A DNA stretch of 64,000 nt from a virus (taxonomy: Duplodnaviria; Caudoviricetes), in the IMG/VR virus record IMGVR_UViG_3300044546_000600, positions 10,590-74,589 of that record, one strand, 5' to 3'. The translations under genes were made by a program, and so were the position numbers. Below are positions 55,519-64,000 of this stretch, in pieces (the first letter of the stretch is position 1; every line of letters begins with the position of its first letter). The notes beneath the pieces were generated by a model, which saw nothing but the letters and a program-made list of their open reading frames with translations, made no database searches and was not told the origin of the DNA.

Positions 55519-55555
55519 AAAAAGTATTGACGAAAACTAGAATCCCTTGCAACTT
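55519..55555 (+). promoter_or_regulatory. putative promoter: A-tract, TTGACG-N17-CAACTT
   Basis: Ends 7 nt upstream of the dut ATG; -10 is non-consensus. Confidence 0.4.
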
Positions 55556-55562
55556 TCAAAAC

Positions 55563-56030
55563 ATGGATCACAAATACTCGTTCAAAGTTTTAAAAAATGG
55601 CTTCGAAAACAATCTGATTGCCCCAGCGAAAGATGATGCTGGATGGGATTTGATTGCTTCGTCTGAGCCAACAATTGTTCGTGAGCCAAACAAGAAACAA
55701 ATTTTGTACATCGAGTACGATACGGGCGTCGTGATTCAACCAGCAGAAGGATTTTTCACTCTCTTGTTTCCTCGGTCAAGCGTGAGCAAATATCAATTAT
55801 CGCTTTGCAATTCTGTAGGCGTGATTGACGCTGGTTACCGAGATTCAATTAAGCTTCGTTTTCGCTGGTTAGGCATTGGTCATCAGCCTTACAAAGACCT
55901 GATTTACAAAAAGGGCGACAAGATCGGTCAGTTAGTTTTCTCGCCGTTCATTAGCCTCGTAGCGCATCAAACAGAATCGCTAGATTCCTCAGAAAGAGGA
56001 ACAGGAGGCTTTGGAAGTACAGGAGTATGA
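55563..56030 (+). CDS. dut: trimeric dUTPase
   Basis: AGWDL, PRSS, GVIDAGYR, GQL, RGTGGFGSTG; likely start 55563. Confidence 0.93.
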   Translation: MDHKYSFKVLKNGFENNLIAPAKDDAGWDLIASSEPTIVREPNKKQILYIEYDTGVVIQPAEGFFTLLFPRSSVSKYQLSLCNSVGVIDAGYRDSIKLRFRWLGIGHQPYKDLIYKKGDKIGQLVFSPFISLVAHQTESLDSSERGTGGFGSTGV

Positions 56031-56614
56031 AATTAGTTCCCGAATCAATGGACGATTTATCTCTGATTGAAAAAATCAGAGGCTCTGGTGATAGCTCTTG
56101 TTTTCAAGAGATTGTTAATCGTCATTCGGGAATTTATCTTCAAATGGTTCATTCGTATGCGCCAAGAACAACGTCAATCGACAATATACACGACCTTATC
56201 GACAGCAGAGAATCTCATATTTACGACGCTGTTCAATCTTTTGACGAGACAAGGAATATCAAGTTCTCAACTTATCTAGGCAATCATACTCGTTGGTTAT
56301 GTTTGAACGCTTCAAACAAAAAGCGTCACGAGTCTTTAGATGAAAAATATGATTGTGCGTTTGAAACAGAAGAGTCTAAAGAGAAAGTCAATTACGACAT
56401 CATTGCGACAATCTTTGATCAAGTAGATCAAATGGAAGACAAGCGCATAACCCAAATATTCAAAATGCGTTATAAGTCTTTTAACGGCAGTAAGAAAGTA
56501 ACTCCTTGGAGAAAGATTGCAAAAGAGCTTGACTTATCTATCCAAGGTTGTATCAATATTCACAATTCGGCGTTTAAAGCGTTGAAGAAATCTATAACAA
56601 AAAATCATGATTAA
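56027..56614 (+). CDS. phage sigma70-family factor (regions 2 and 4)
   Basis: FDETRNIKFSTY region 2; IFKMRY...WRKIAKELDLSIQGC HTH. Confidence 0.8.
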   Translation: MKLVPESMDDLSLIEKIRGSGDSSCFQEIVNRHSGIYLQMVHSYAPRTTSIDNIHDLIDSRESHIYDAVQSFDETRNIKFSTYLGNHTRWLCLNASNKKRHESLDEKYDCAFETEESKEKVNYDIIATIFDQVDQMEDKRITQIFKMRYKSFNGSKKVTPWRKIAKELDLSIQGCINIHNSAFKALKKSITKNHD

Positions 56615-57035
56615 TAATGTAGTCCTCGCAGGTAATACCACAGAAGATCCAGAAATCCGGTCCACCACAACCGGAAAGAAGATTGCTTCTTTTCGTCTCG
56701 CAGTAAATAATCCTCTCAACGACAAAGATACGCTTTTTATCAAGGTTGATACTTGGGAAAAGCAAGCTGAATTTGTCGGCAACTATGTCAAGAAGGGCAG
56801 CAGCGTTTCTGTCATTGGTCGTCTCAAGCTTGAAACTTGGGAAAAGGATGGCCGCAAGAATTCCGCTGTTATCGTTGTCGCTGATCGCGTCAATTTCGTA
56901 GGCGGCAAAAAGAAGGATGCCGCCGCTTCTGATGACGAAGCGCTACCTACAGTAGCCAAGGCTGTTCCAAAGCCAGCTTACAAGCAAGCCGCTAAAGCTC
57001 CAGTTCAACAAGACGACGACGAAATTCCTTATTAA
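56607..57035 (+). CDS. ssb: single-stranded DNA-binding protein
   Basis: NNVVLAGN...PEIR, FRLAVN, KKGS.V.V.GRL...WE, acidic tail DDDEIPY. Confidence 0.93.
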   Translation: MINNVVLAGNTTEDPEIRSTTTGKKIASFRLAVNNPLNDKDTLFIKVDTWEKQAEFVGNYVKKGSSVSVIGRLKLETWEKDGRKNSAVIVVADRVNFVGGKKKDAAASDDEALPTVAKAVPKPAYKQAAKAPVQQDDDEIPY

Positions 57036-58129
57036 TGAAAATCATTTTCGAGGCTCCAGTAAACCAAGTTTCATTTGGCAATGTCTCGTATAACTTCCTA
57101 AAGGAGTTTTACAAGATGAGCCAAACTGATAGCTCGTTCAAGTTTTCTTACTTCCCAATTTCAAATCCTGATTTGGGAGCGTTTGATAAAGCTTCTAACG
57201 ATTTTAAGAAGTGGCTCAAATCACTTGTTGACAATCGCTTTAAGAACTTGAGCAAAGACGCTATCTCGTTGAAGCTTTGGCATATCAACGGAGCCGAGAA
57301 AAGAATTTCACCTCGCCAAGCCCTTTTCAGTTTCTATGAGCTTAACCAGCCAACAGAGACTGAAAAGGCTCTTGTTCGTCTTCAAGACGCTACGATCTTT
57401 TCCAGCTCGTACGCAAAGAATAGTTTTGCAGAAGAAGGTTTGAGGGTTGAAAACGTTCCGCTCGGTTTTGATCTTGATTTTTTCAAGACCGACAAAGTTT
57501 ACCTCCAAGATAAAATTCACTTTGTTATCATGGGTAAGTTTGAACGCAGAAAGCATACAGACAAAATCATTAAGCTTTGGGCAAAGAAATACGGCAACAA
57601 TCCAAAATATCAACTTAGTTGCTCTATCGTAAATCCATTTTTAGATAAGGAAATCTTAAAGAAGCTTCTTTCTGGTTACAAGGCTCTTGCTTGGAACATT
57701 AATATTCTTCCTTATGTTTCCACGAATTCCGAAGTTAACGACGTTCTTAACTCTGCTGACATTGATCTTAGCGGATTGAGCGGCGCAGAAGGTTGGGGTC
57801 TTCCTGCTTTTAACTCTACTTGTTTAGGCAAATGGAGCGTTGTTCTCAATGCAACTAGCCATTTAGATTGGGCTACTAGCGAAAACTCTATTCTTGTTCA
57901 ACCATCTGGCCTTATCGAAGCTTACGATGGAACTTTCTTTAAGAAAGGCCAAGAATTCAATCAAGGCGAAATCTACGATTTCAATGAAGAAGAAGCTCTC
58001 TCCGCTATCGAAAAGGCCGTAACTCTTGCGGAGAATAAGACGATAAACTCCGCAGGAATCAAACTGGGTCAAACTTTCACTTACGAAAAGACGGTTGCGT
58101 CAATTTGTGACATCTTAAAGACCTTATAA
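57035..58129 (+). CDS. GT4-like glycosyltransferase
   Basis: GKFERRKHTD, SGAEGWGLPAFNS. Confidence 0.75.
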   Translation: MKIIFEAPVNQVSFGNVSYNFLKEFYKMSQTDSSFKFSYFPISNPDLGAFDKASNDFKKWLKSLVDNRFKNLSKDAISLKLWHINGAEKRISPRQALFSFYELNQPTETEKALVRLQDATIFSSSYAKNSFAEEGLRVENVPLGFDLDFFKTDKVYLQDKIHFVIMGKFERRKHTDKIIKLWAKKYGNNPKYQLSCSIVNPFLDKEILKKLLSGYKALAWNINILPYVSTNSEVNDVLNSADIDLSGLSGAEGWGLPAFNSTCLGKWSVVLNATSHLDWATSENSILVQPSGLIEAYDGTFFKKGQEFNQGEIYDFNEEEALSAIEKAVTLAENKTINSAGIKLGQTFTYEKTVASICDILKTL

Positions 58130-58158
58130 TTAATTTTTTCATCATAAATATATAATAT

Positions 58159-58602
58159 ATGACAACAGACATCACAACAACATTAGTAACCGGAGCCTCA
58201 TCTTTAAGTGGATTGACCGTCAGCTCTAGTACTCCATATGTGTATGGATATTCAAGTAGTGCTATTTCGGGCTGTGTCCTAACTAATGGTAATTACTATT
58301 CATACCCGTCTTCTTTTCCAACTCTAATCAAAACAAAATTCACGGAAGAAGGTGAGCATTTCTTCTTCTCTGTTCCTGGCTGCACTAAGGAAAACGTTTT
58401 TGTAACTTACCTTGAACAAGATTCGTTCTTTAAAGTCGAAGCAAAGCTGGAAGATGTTTTCGTTTCTAGTCCTTGTCGGATTCAGGTAAACACTGATAAA
58501 TTCGACTTGTCGAATCTTGAATGTAGCATCAAGAACGGTCTTTTGAAGGTGTTTGTTCCTTATTTTGAGGAAGCAAAACCAAGATCAGTTAAAATCAACT
58601 AA
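58159..58602 (+). CDS. small heat-shock (Hsp20-like) protein
   Basis: VPGCTKENV, CSIKNGLLKVFVP and terminal PRSVKIN (IxI-like). Confidence 0.7.
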   Translation: MTTDITTTLVTGASSLSGLTVSSSTPYVYGYSSSAISGCVLTNGNYYSYPSSFPTLIKTKFTEEGEHFFFSVPGCTKENVFVTYLEQDSFFKVEAKLEDVFVSSPCRIQVNTDKFDLSNLECSIKNGLLKVFVPYFEEAKPRSVKIN

Positions 58603-58607
58603 CAACC

Positions 58608-58634
58608 AAAGCCGCTTGAAAAAGCGGCTTTTTT
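58608..58634 (+). terminator. Rho-independent terminator
   Basis: AAAGCCGC-8nt-GCGGCTTT followed by further Ts. Confidence 0.8.
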
Positions 58635-58647
58635 ATTAATATAAAAT

Positions 58648-59028
58648 ATGCCCTTATACACCTACGAGAATCCTGAGAACGGTAAGACTATCGAAATCTT
58701 TCAAACAATGAGTGAAAGTCATGTTTATACCGACAGCGATGGATTAGTGTGGAAAAGGGTATTTCAAGTTCCTAACGCCGCGATTGATTCACAGATCGAC
58801 CCTAATAGCTCAACAGCCTTCGTTGACGCCACCAGGAACAAAAAAGGCACGTATGGCGACCTGCTGGACAAAAGCCGCGAGTTAAGCGATAAAAGGGCAC
58901 AGGAACGAGGCGGCACAGACCCTTTAAAAGAGAAGGTGTTCAAGGATTACTCCGCCAAGAGAAAAGGCGCAAAGCATCCTGAACAAATGAAGAAGTTTGA
59001 AAACTCTAAAGTTAAGGTAGATTATTAA
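58648..59028 (+). CDS. FmdB-like regulatory protein lacking zinc-ribbon Cys
   Basis: MPLYTYE...EIFQTMSE...WKRVF start. Confidence 0.6.
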   Translation: MPLYTYENPENGKTIEIFQTMSESHVYTDSDGLVWKRVFQVPNAAIDSQIDPNSSTAFVDATRNKKGTYGDLLDKSRELSDKRAQERGGTDPLKEKVFKDYSAKRKGAKHPEQMKKFENSKVKVDY

Positions 59029-60281
59029 ATCTTACCTAACATAAAGTCTTCCGCTTTCTTAATGTCGTCGTTAACAGACGACATTTTTTGCGCAATAACA
59101 GGATCAATCAAGTCTGGGTGATACCACCAGTCTTCAAAAGTAGAAACACCGTCTGGAGAAATGTCGTTAACTGCCATTAGATACCCTAATGATCTCAAGT
59201 AGTTTCTAGACTTTTGGCGATAAGTCTTTGTCATGTCAACGTAGTGATCATGCTCGTAAGTGATTACGGCAAACTTATAATCACTAAAAGGAATTGAAGT
59301 TAAGATTTCAAATGTGCTCTTAGATGGCTCGCAGTCTAATTGCAGGTAATCTACGATACCGTCTTTGGCGATTTCTTTTAAGATTTTTGAATAGTTAGCT
59401 TTCGTCGCATCTTCGCACAATACTTTGTTTGAACGATGCTTGATATGTTCGTTAACATGATTTTGGCCCCATTCAAGACCAATGCCAGTCCAGCCGTAGT
59501 TCTTTTCCAAGAGTGCTGTATTGCTGTTGTGGTAAGGCTCAGAAGAGCCTACTTCAAGATAAGTTCCATTCTTCTTTCCATCTAGCATAGAAAGCACAAA
59601 CATATCTTGATAAACTTGAGAGTAGTTAACGTCAATTAAGTTTGCGCCACTGAACTTGTATCTTAGGTCTTTAAATTTTTTCTTTGAGTATCTTGTGATA
59701 GCTTGAGACTCTGGGCCACAACCAAGAGTTGTCATATTGTTTTGAACTGCTGTTTTATGAGCGTCGTTCATTACGTCTGCATAATTGTCAGACAAGTGAA
59801 GAAATAATCTTCTCGATTCTTTTGTTTTACCCCACCACCAAGCGCAAACAGCTTTCTCAAAAATAAGACCATATTCACCAACATAACCAAGATCGCTGAA
59901 AGTTGGCTTGTTATTCTTCGCAAACCCCATACCAATAGAAGCTACAAGATAACCTTCATTGTATTCTTTATTGTATTCGTGCAATCGACTTAATAAAAAG
60001 TAAGCTTCTGGTCTATCAGGAATTAAAGTGATTGCATGACGGAAAAGGTTCTTAACGGTTTGTGTTCGATGCCCCTGCTTATCAAAGCAAAGAGCGGCCA
60101 TAATCAAGCATTCGTAGGACAGGTCTTTGTCATCAGTTCTTTCTGCGGCTCTTAAATAAAAAGAAATTGCGGCTGCGGTTTGACCTTGTTTATGATACCA
60201 TACCGCTAAGTTGTAATTCTTTTGAGCGTTCTCAGGGTCGAGAACGTAAATTTCTACTGGGCTAAAAAGTAAATTATCCAT
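59025..60281 (-). CDS. TPR protein fused to an FkbM-like methyltransferase
   Basis: TPR helices (PDRPEAYF), then YSQVYQD, YLEVG, SNT, DYLQLDCE. Confidence 0.8.
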   Translation of the reverse strand: MDNLLFSPVEIYVLDPENAQKNYNLAVWYHKQGQTAAAISFYLRAAERTDDKDLSYECLIMAALCFDKQGHRTQTVKNLFRHAITLIPDRPEAYFLLSRLHEYNKEYNEGYLVASIGMGFAKNNKPTFSDLGYVGEYGLIFEKAVCAWWWGKTKESRRLFLHLSDNYADVMNDAHKTAVQNNMTTLGCGPESQAITRYSKKKFKDLRYKFSGANLIDVNYSQVYQDMFVLSMLDGKKNGTYLEVGSSEPYHNSNTALLEKNYGWTGIGLEWGQNHVNEHIKHRSNKVLCEDATKANYSKILKEIAKDGIVDYLQLDCEPSKSTFEILTSIPFSDYKFAVITYEHDHYVDMTKTYRQKSRNYLRSLGYLMAVNDISPDGVSTFEDWWYHPDLIDPVIAQKMSSVNDDIKKAEDFMLGKI

Positions 60282-61245
60282 TTAAAAGGTTCTCCACGAT
60301 TTTCTTTGGCGTCTTCAAAAGGAACGATGCGTTATCTTGAAATCCAAAAGTAATCAATAAGTCGTCATTAAGTTGCGCCATTCCGCACGCGAATTCAATT
60401 TCGCCTTCCATGAAGGAGAATTCTTTAGATACTTTTTGAATCTTAAAGTCTTTATCGAGCTTAGTAAAGACATGGCGATACCGGGCGTTCTTTCTTTGAA
60501 GCTCGCTCTTGAAAAGGTAAGTGATGTGATTTAAGCAAAGATAGCCGTCTTCCCAAGAGATAACTTGCGAGCCACCTCTAATATTGCCGCTGTAACCTGC
60601 ATTCAGTTCTTGAAGAACTACCGTTTCACAAGCGCCAGTAACAGGATCAGCCTTTACAACTTCAGTTGGATTTGTCCACTTGATAAAGTGATATGGCTTA
60701 TCTAAAATTGGCATCCAGTTCTTTTCGCAATAAGAAGTGTTTGGCGCAGGAGCGTCGATTCTAACTCTAGAGATTTCTTTAACAGAATCAGTGGAAACTT
60801 CAATTTCAGAAAGCTCCATTCTGCCAACTCCGTTTGTTGTTGTGTCGCGTCTTACTCCGCAAAGGTAAAGCTTGCCGTCCCAGCGAACAACTCGCGCATC
60901 TTCAAGTCCGATAAATTCCCAAATCGGTTTTACGTCTAACTTAGATGTATCAACCTTTGTGCTCTTAACAATATTCATCTTCTCGTCTAGTTCGCAGAAG
61001 AAGTTTTTCGTTGTAAGAGTGATATCGTTCTCTGGATTAAGATAAACTAATGGACCATACTGATGTTCAAAAATACCTTTTTCAGCGTGATAGATTGTGT
61101 ACTGGCAGTGACGCAAGTTCATAACCACCTTGCCGTTATCTACGTACACAGAAGGATTCATTAATCCTGTTCCGTTAGTTTCTGATGCTGGGATAACGAG
61201 CGGATGTAAACTTCCGCCGTTCGTAATAACGTATTTAGCTAACAT
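60274..61245 (-). CDS. five-bladed propeller glycosidase-like protein (GH130/GH32-like)
   Basis: MNPS, GLEDARV, EKNW, RGG, EFACG, FGFQD. Confidence 0.7.
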   Translation of the reverse strand: MLAKYVITNGGSLHPLVIPASETNGTGLMNPSVYVDNGKVVMNLRHCQYTIYHAEKGIFEHQYGPLVYLNPENDITLTTKNFFCELDEKMNIVKSTKVDTSKLDVKPIWEFIGLEDARVVRWDGKLYLCGVRRDTTTNGVGRMELSEIEVSTDSVKEISRVRIDAPAPNTSYCEKNWMPILDKPYHFIKWTNPTEVVKADPVTGACETVVLQELNAGYSGNIRGGSQVISWEDGYLCLNHITYLFKSELQRKNARYRHVFTKLDKDFKIQKVSKEFSFMEGEIEFACGMAQLNDDLLITFGFQDNASFLLKTPKKIVENLLNG

Positions 61246-61288
61246 AACTAATAGTATTAATGTTTAATTAATTTTCTATTATTTAACT

Positions 61289-61882
61289 TTACTTTTGAAT
61301 AGAAAAGAAAAACAACTGCACTAATCTTTCAAAATCACCGTATTTAGTTGCGCTATGAATCAACTTAGCGTCCCATATTACTAATCTGTTAAATACTGAT
61401 CCAACTCTGTCAACCAATTCCCAGTTATCTGGATGCGTTAGGTTATGTTTTGAATAAACCTCGGAATCCGTGACGTGTGGTTTATTTTCTAGTGGATGAT
61501 TTGGAGGTCTTCGGCAGTCGAAATTTTTCTCTCTCCAGAAAGATGTGCCGTATCCAACTCCAGCTTCTTTCGTAAGATACACAGCAGCAGCGTAGCTCTG
61601 GCTATCACTGTGCCAGACCAAAGGGTGTTCGCTATTTGTTATTTGAAATACTCCATTCATTGGTTGGTTGAGCCAATCAATAATTCCCACATTCAACAGT
61701 CTTTCAAACTCTTCTTTAACGTAAGGTAACAAACATCTAGCGCTTCTTTTACCTTTGTAAAAATTATTGTTTTCTTTAAACTCTTGCCCATAAGCCAATT
61801 TTACAATTTCATCTGGATCTTTATAGAAGTTATCGACAACAATAATATGCGGTGAATTTTTATTAAAAATATAGTTATTCAT
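61289..61882 (-). CDS. 2OG-Fe(II) oxygenase (DUF6445-like)
   Basis: VVDNFY, WHSD (HxD), AAAVYL, GTSF, FNRLVIW, IHS, RLVQLFF. Confidence 0.8.
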   Translation of the reverse strand: MNNYIFNKNSPHIIVVDNFYKDPDEIVKLAYGQEFKENNNFYKGKRSARCLLPYVKEEFERLLNVGIIDWLNQPMNGVFQITNSEHPLVWHSDSQSYAAAVYLTKEAGVGYGTSFWREKNFDCRRPPNHPLENKPHVTDSEVYSKHNLTHPDNWELVDRVGSVFNRLVIWDAKLIHSATKYGDFERLVQLFFFSIQK

Positions 61883-61894
61883 AGTTTTTTATGG

Positions 61895-63139
61895 TTAGAT
61901 TTCAATTAATCCAGGAACTCTAACATCAGAGTCTTTATTGGGCAATTTTAAAAGGTCTGCTTTTGTGTATAAAATATTGTGCGTTTGGCAATAATCGTTT
62001 GGATAAAAGTTTTTTATTCTATTAAGTTGAAACCTTACTGGCGTTCCTATATATTTAGCTGTCTCTTGTTGTGTGTAATACCAGAAACTATTAGAGTTCC
62101 AAAAAGATACGTGCGTTGGGTCTTGAAACGCACCTCTTCCATCGGTAGAGGGTGTTTTCGTTAAAAACCAACCTAGGGGAGCCAAGCATCTATATGCCTC
62201 TTTCATAATGTGTATTGGGTCCTTAAGATGCTCTAAAGCGTCATGAGATCTTATTACCCCAACCTCGCCATCTTTAAATGGCCAAGGATCATTTAAATTG
62301 TGAACAATATCTGAGTTTTGTAAGTCTATCGACTTGTAGCCTTTTGGTGAGTTGAAACCGCCACACAAATCTATTTTAAGCAAGCCGTTCAGATCCGCCC
62401 ATTTCTCTGCTAACGGATAAATATATTTATCGTGAATGTTAAGCGTTTCTTTTTGTATAAATTTGTTCTTATCGCCGTAACACGTATTTCCTTCATGTCT
62501 GTAGTATATGTATAAGCACTTGTCTATAAATTTAACATTACCGTGAATGTAAGTGCGACATAAAATATCCTGATCGTCTAAAACGTCCATAGTTTTGTCG
62601 TAGCCACCTATTTTTTCATAAAACGATTTTCTCCAAGCTCTTACATGGTTTGGCGTAAACCAAATCTTAGAGAACGATGCTGCCGTTGGGGGGAAAGACA
62701 TCTGTTCTTTTATGACTCTTCCCTTGTAGGTAAAAGGTCTGTCTTGCCAGCCAAATTTTTGAGAATAAACAAAAGGCTCTAGTTTAGAATCTAAATCAGC
62801 GTCATTAGAATAGCAGAAATCAATAGATCGGTTTGAGAATGCCTTATGTAACTCTTCTAAACAATCTGGAGTCAATTCGTCATCGTGATCTAATTCTACT
62901 AAAACATCACCCTGCGCCGCGTCACAACATTCACCTTTTAAAAATCCTATCGCCTTGCAATTCTTACTTGGTTTAATTATTCTGCAATTAGGAAGCTTTG
63001 AAAGTTCCGGTAATTCCACTTCTCCGTTTGGCATAATGAGCCACTCGAAATCTTTAAATGTTTGCTTCTCTAAAGATTCGGCGGCGCGAAGCAAATATTT
63101 CGCTTTGTGCGTTGGCGTATATATTGAAAAATATGGCAT
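61895..63139 (-). CDS. GT2 glycosyltransferase fused to a methyltransferase-like domain
   Basis: FSIYTPT, ELDHDD, YIYYRH; then KIDLCGG, SHDALEH, QDPTH; likely start 63139 with a GGAGAGGA RBS. Confidence 0.85.
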   Translation of the reverse strand: MPYFSIYTPTHKAKYLLRAAESLEKQTFKDFEWLIMPNGEVELPELSKLPNCRIIKPSKNCKAIGFLKGECCDAAQGDVLVELDHDDELTPDCLEELHKAFSNRSIDFCYSNDADLDSKLEPFVYSQKFGWQDRPFTYKGRVIKEQMSFPPTAASFSKIWFTPNHVRAWRKSFYEKIGGYDKTMDVLDDQDILCRTYIHGNVKFIDKCLYIYYRHEGNTCYGDKNKFIQKETLNIHDKYIYPLAEKWADLNGLLKIDLCGGFNSPKGYKSIDLQNSDIVHNLNDPWPFKDGEVGVIRSHDALEHLKDPIHIMKEAYRCLAPLGWFLTKTPSTDGRGAFQDPTHVSFWNSNSFWYYTQQETAKYIGTPVRFQLNRIKNFYPNDYCQTHNILYTKADLLKLPNKDSDVRVPGLIEI

Positions 63140-63283
63140 AATTCCTCTCCGCTTATTATAAACGAAGGGTCTTAATTTTAACAAATTAAATCTATAAATT
63201 TTTAAACCAAAAAACGAATTGATTTTGCACCTCGAAAGCAATCATTGTTCGTCTTGAATGCCTTGTGTTTACAAAAGTTTTGT

Positions 63284-64000
63284 TTATTCTTTCCAGCTAT
63301 ACCAGAATTTATCGTTTTTAATCTTCTCTTCTTTTGTTCTTGGGTAAAATCTATAATTAATTCTTCCTTTACGGATGGCACTTAGCTTTACAATAATGTA
63401 TTCTGGTAATGGTTTTTGATCTGCAAAATCAATAAAGAGTTTATTTTTTTGAACCTTTAATCCGCACATAATCGGTATAGGGGTTGTATGGCTTATAGCT
63501 TCAATACTATTTATTTCGCAAACGTGACAATATATTGGATCAATATTATGTTCAATCTTTGATCTATTGTTCACATAAAGTTTTATCAGATCATCAAATC
63601 TAACTTCAGGCATTTCGGTACAGCTCAATGTAACATATTCTCCAGCTATCAGACCTTCAACAATTGCGTCCTTATCGCCTTGATAGCCTTGAAAGCCTTG
63701 ATCACCCTGTTCGCCTTGTTCGCCTTGTTCGCCCTGTTCACCCTGTTCGCCCTGTTCGCCCTGTTCGCCTTGATAGCCTTGATAGCCTTGATAGCCTTGA
63801 TAGCCTTGATCGCCTTGATCGCCTTGTGAACCGTTGGTACCGTTAGTACCGTTAGTACCGTTAGTGCCAGCTGCGCCTTGATCGCCTTGTGAACCGTTGG
63901 TACCGTTAGTACCGTTAGTACCGTTAGTGCCAGCTGCGCCTTGATCGCCTTGTGAACCGTTGGTACCGTTAGTACCGTTAGTACCGTTAGTGCCAGCTGC
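63284..64000 (-). CDS. collagen-like tail/fibre protein, C-terminal part (gene starts beyond the window)
   Basis: Stop-free frame from 64000: (GAA GTN GTN GTN GTN GSQ GDQ)x3, then GYQ/GEQ triplets, then DAIV...TLSCTEMPEVRFDD globular domain; extends the 114-aa ORF in the track. Confidence 0.85.
   Translation of the reverse strand, partial: AAGTNGTNGTNGTNGSQGDQGAAGTNGTNGTNGTNGSQGDQGAAGTNGTNGTNGTNGSQGDQGDQGYQGYQGYQGYQGEQGEQGEQGEQGEQGEQGEQGDQGFQGYQGDKDAIVEGLIAGEYVTLSCTEMPEVRFDDLIKLYVNNRSKIEHNIDPIYCHVCEINSIEAISHTTPIPIMCGLKVQKNKLFIDFADQKPLPEYIIVKLSAIRKGRINYRFYPRTKEEKIKNDKFWYSWKE
63811..63999. repeat. perfect 63-bp tandem repeat, three copies, inside the collagen gene
   Basis: Copies start at 63811, 63874 and 63937; continues past the window. 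Confidence 0.9.

Noticed and set aside
63664-63846. Plus-strand ORF RLDSLDSLD...
   Set aside because: Antisense shadow of the collagen repeats
1-64000. tRNA, rRNA or riboswitch genes
   Set aside because: No cloverleaf or T-loop pattern was found in the few intergenic gaps, almost all of which are too short; by-eye search only
1-64000. Bacterial chromosome or eukaryotic giant virus origin
   Set aside because: Tail-tip genes, a phage-style replication cluster and many tiny coupled ORFs indicate a phage; DnaE, sigma70, SSB and lipoprotein signals argue against a eukaryotic virus

Overview
An AT-rich, densely coding 64-kb piece of a large tailed dsDNA phage genome (jumbo/huge-phage style). The host is most likely a diderm (Gram-negative) bacterium, because the phage encodes a lipoprotein pore and outer-membrane-type proteins. 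No tRNA, rRNA, CRISPR array, integrase or transposase could be supported. Blocks from left to right: (1) 1-4774, small minus-strand hypothetical genes; (2) 5110-10297, an operon encoding CsgF-like, CsgG-like, curlin-like, FecR-like and CHASE2 adenylate cyclase proteins; (3) 10309-14403, accessory genes including a T4 beta-glucosyltransferase-like protein, a Zn deaminase and a small secreted beta-rich protein; (4) 14434-26552 (+), a lambda-type tail tip module L-K-I-J carrying extra PA14/vWA-like domains, with J split into three ORFs; (5) 26549-49423 (-), nrdBA, glycosyltransferases, a ClpC-like ATPase, a three-part DnaE (PHP / exonuclease / core), a PD-(D/E)XK nuclease, primase, DnaB, RecA and ThyX; (6) 49353-53838, a glycan-synthesis island; (7) a noncoding G-quadruplex-like tract at the strand switch near 55.4 kb, then dUTPase, sigma factor, SSB, a glycosyltransferase and Hsp20 (+); (8) 59025-64000 (-), a modification cassette downstream of a collagen-like fibre gene that runs off the window. 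Best candidates for new biology: the phage-borne trans-envelope cAMP signalling cassette, a GTGTAA motif upstream of several genes, a BGT-like DNA modifier, three split enzymes or structural genes, and the G-rich tract. All family assignments come from motifs recognised by eye; no database search was run.
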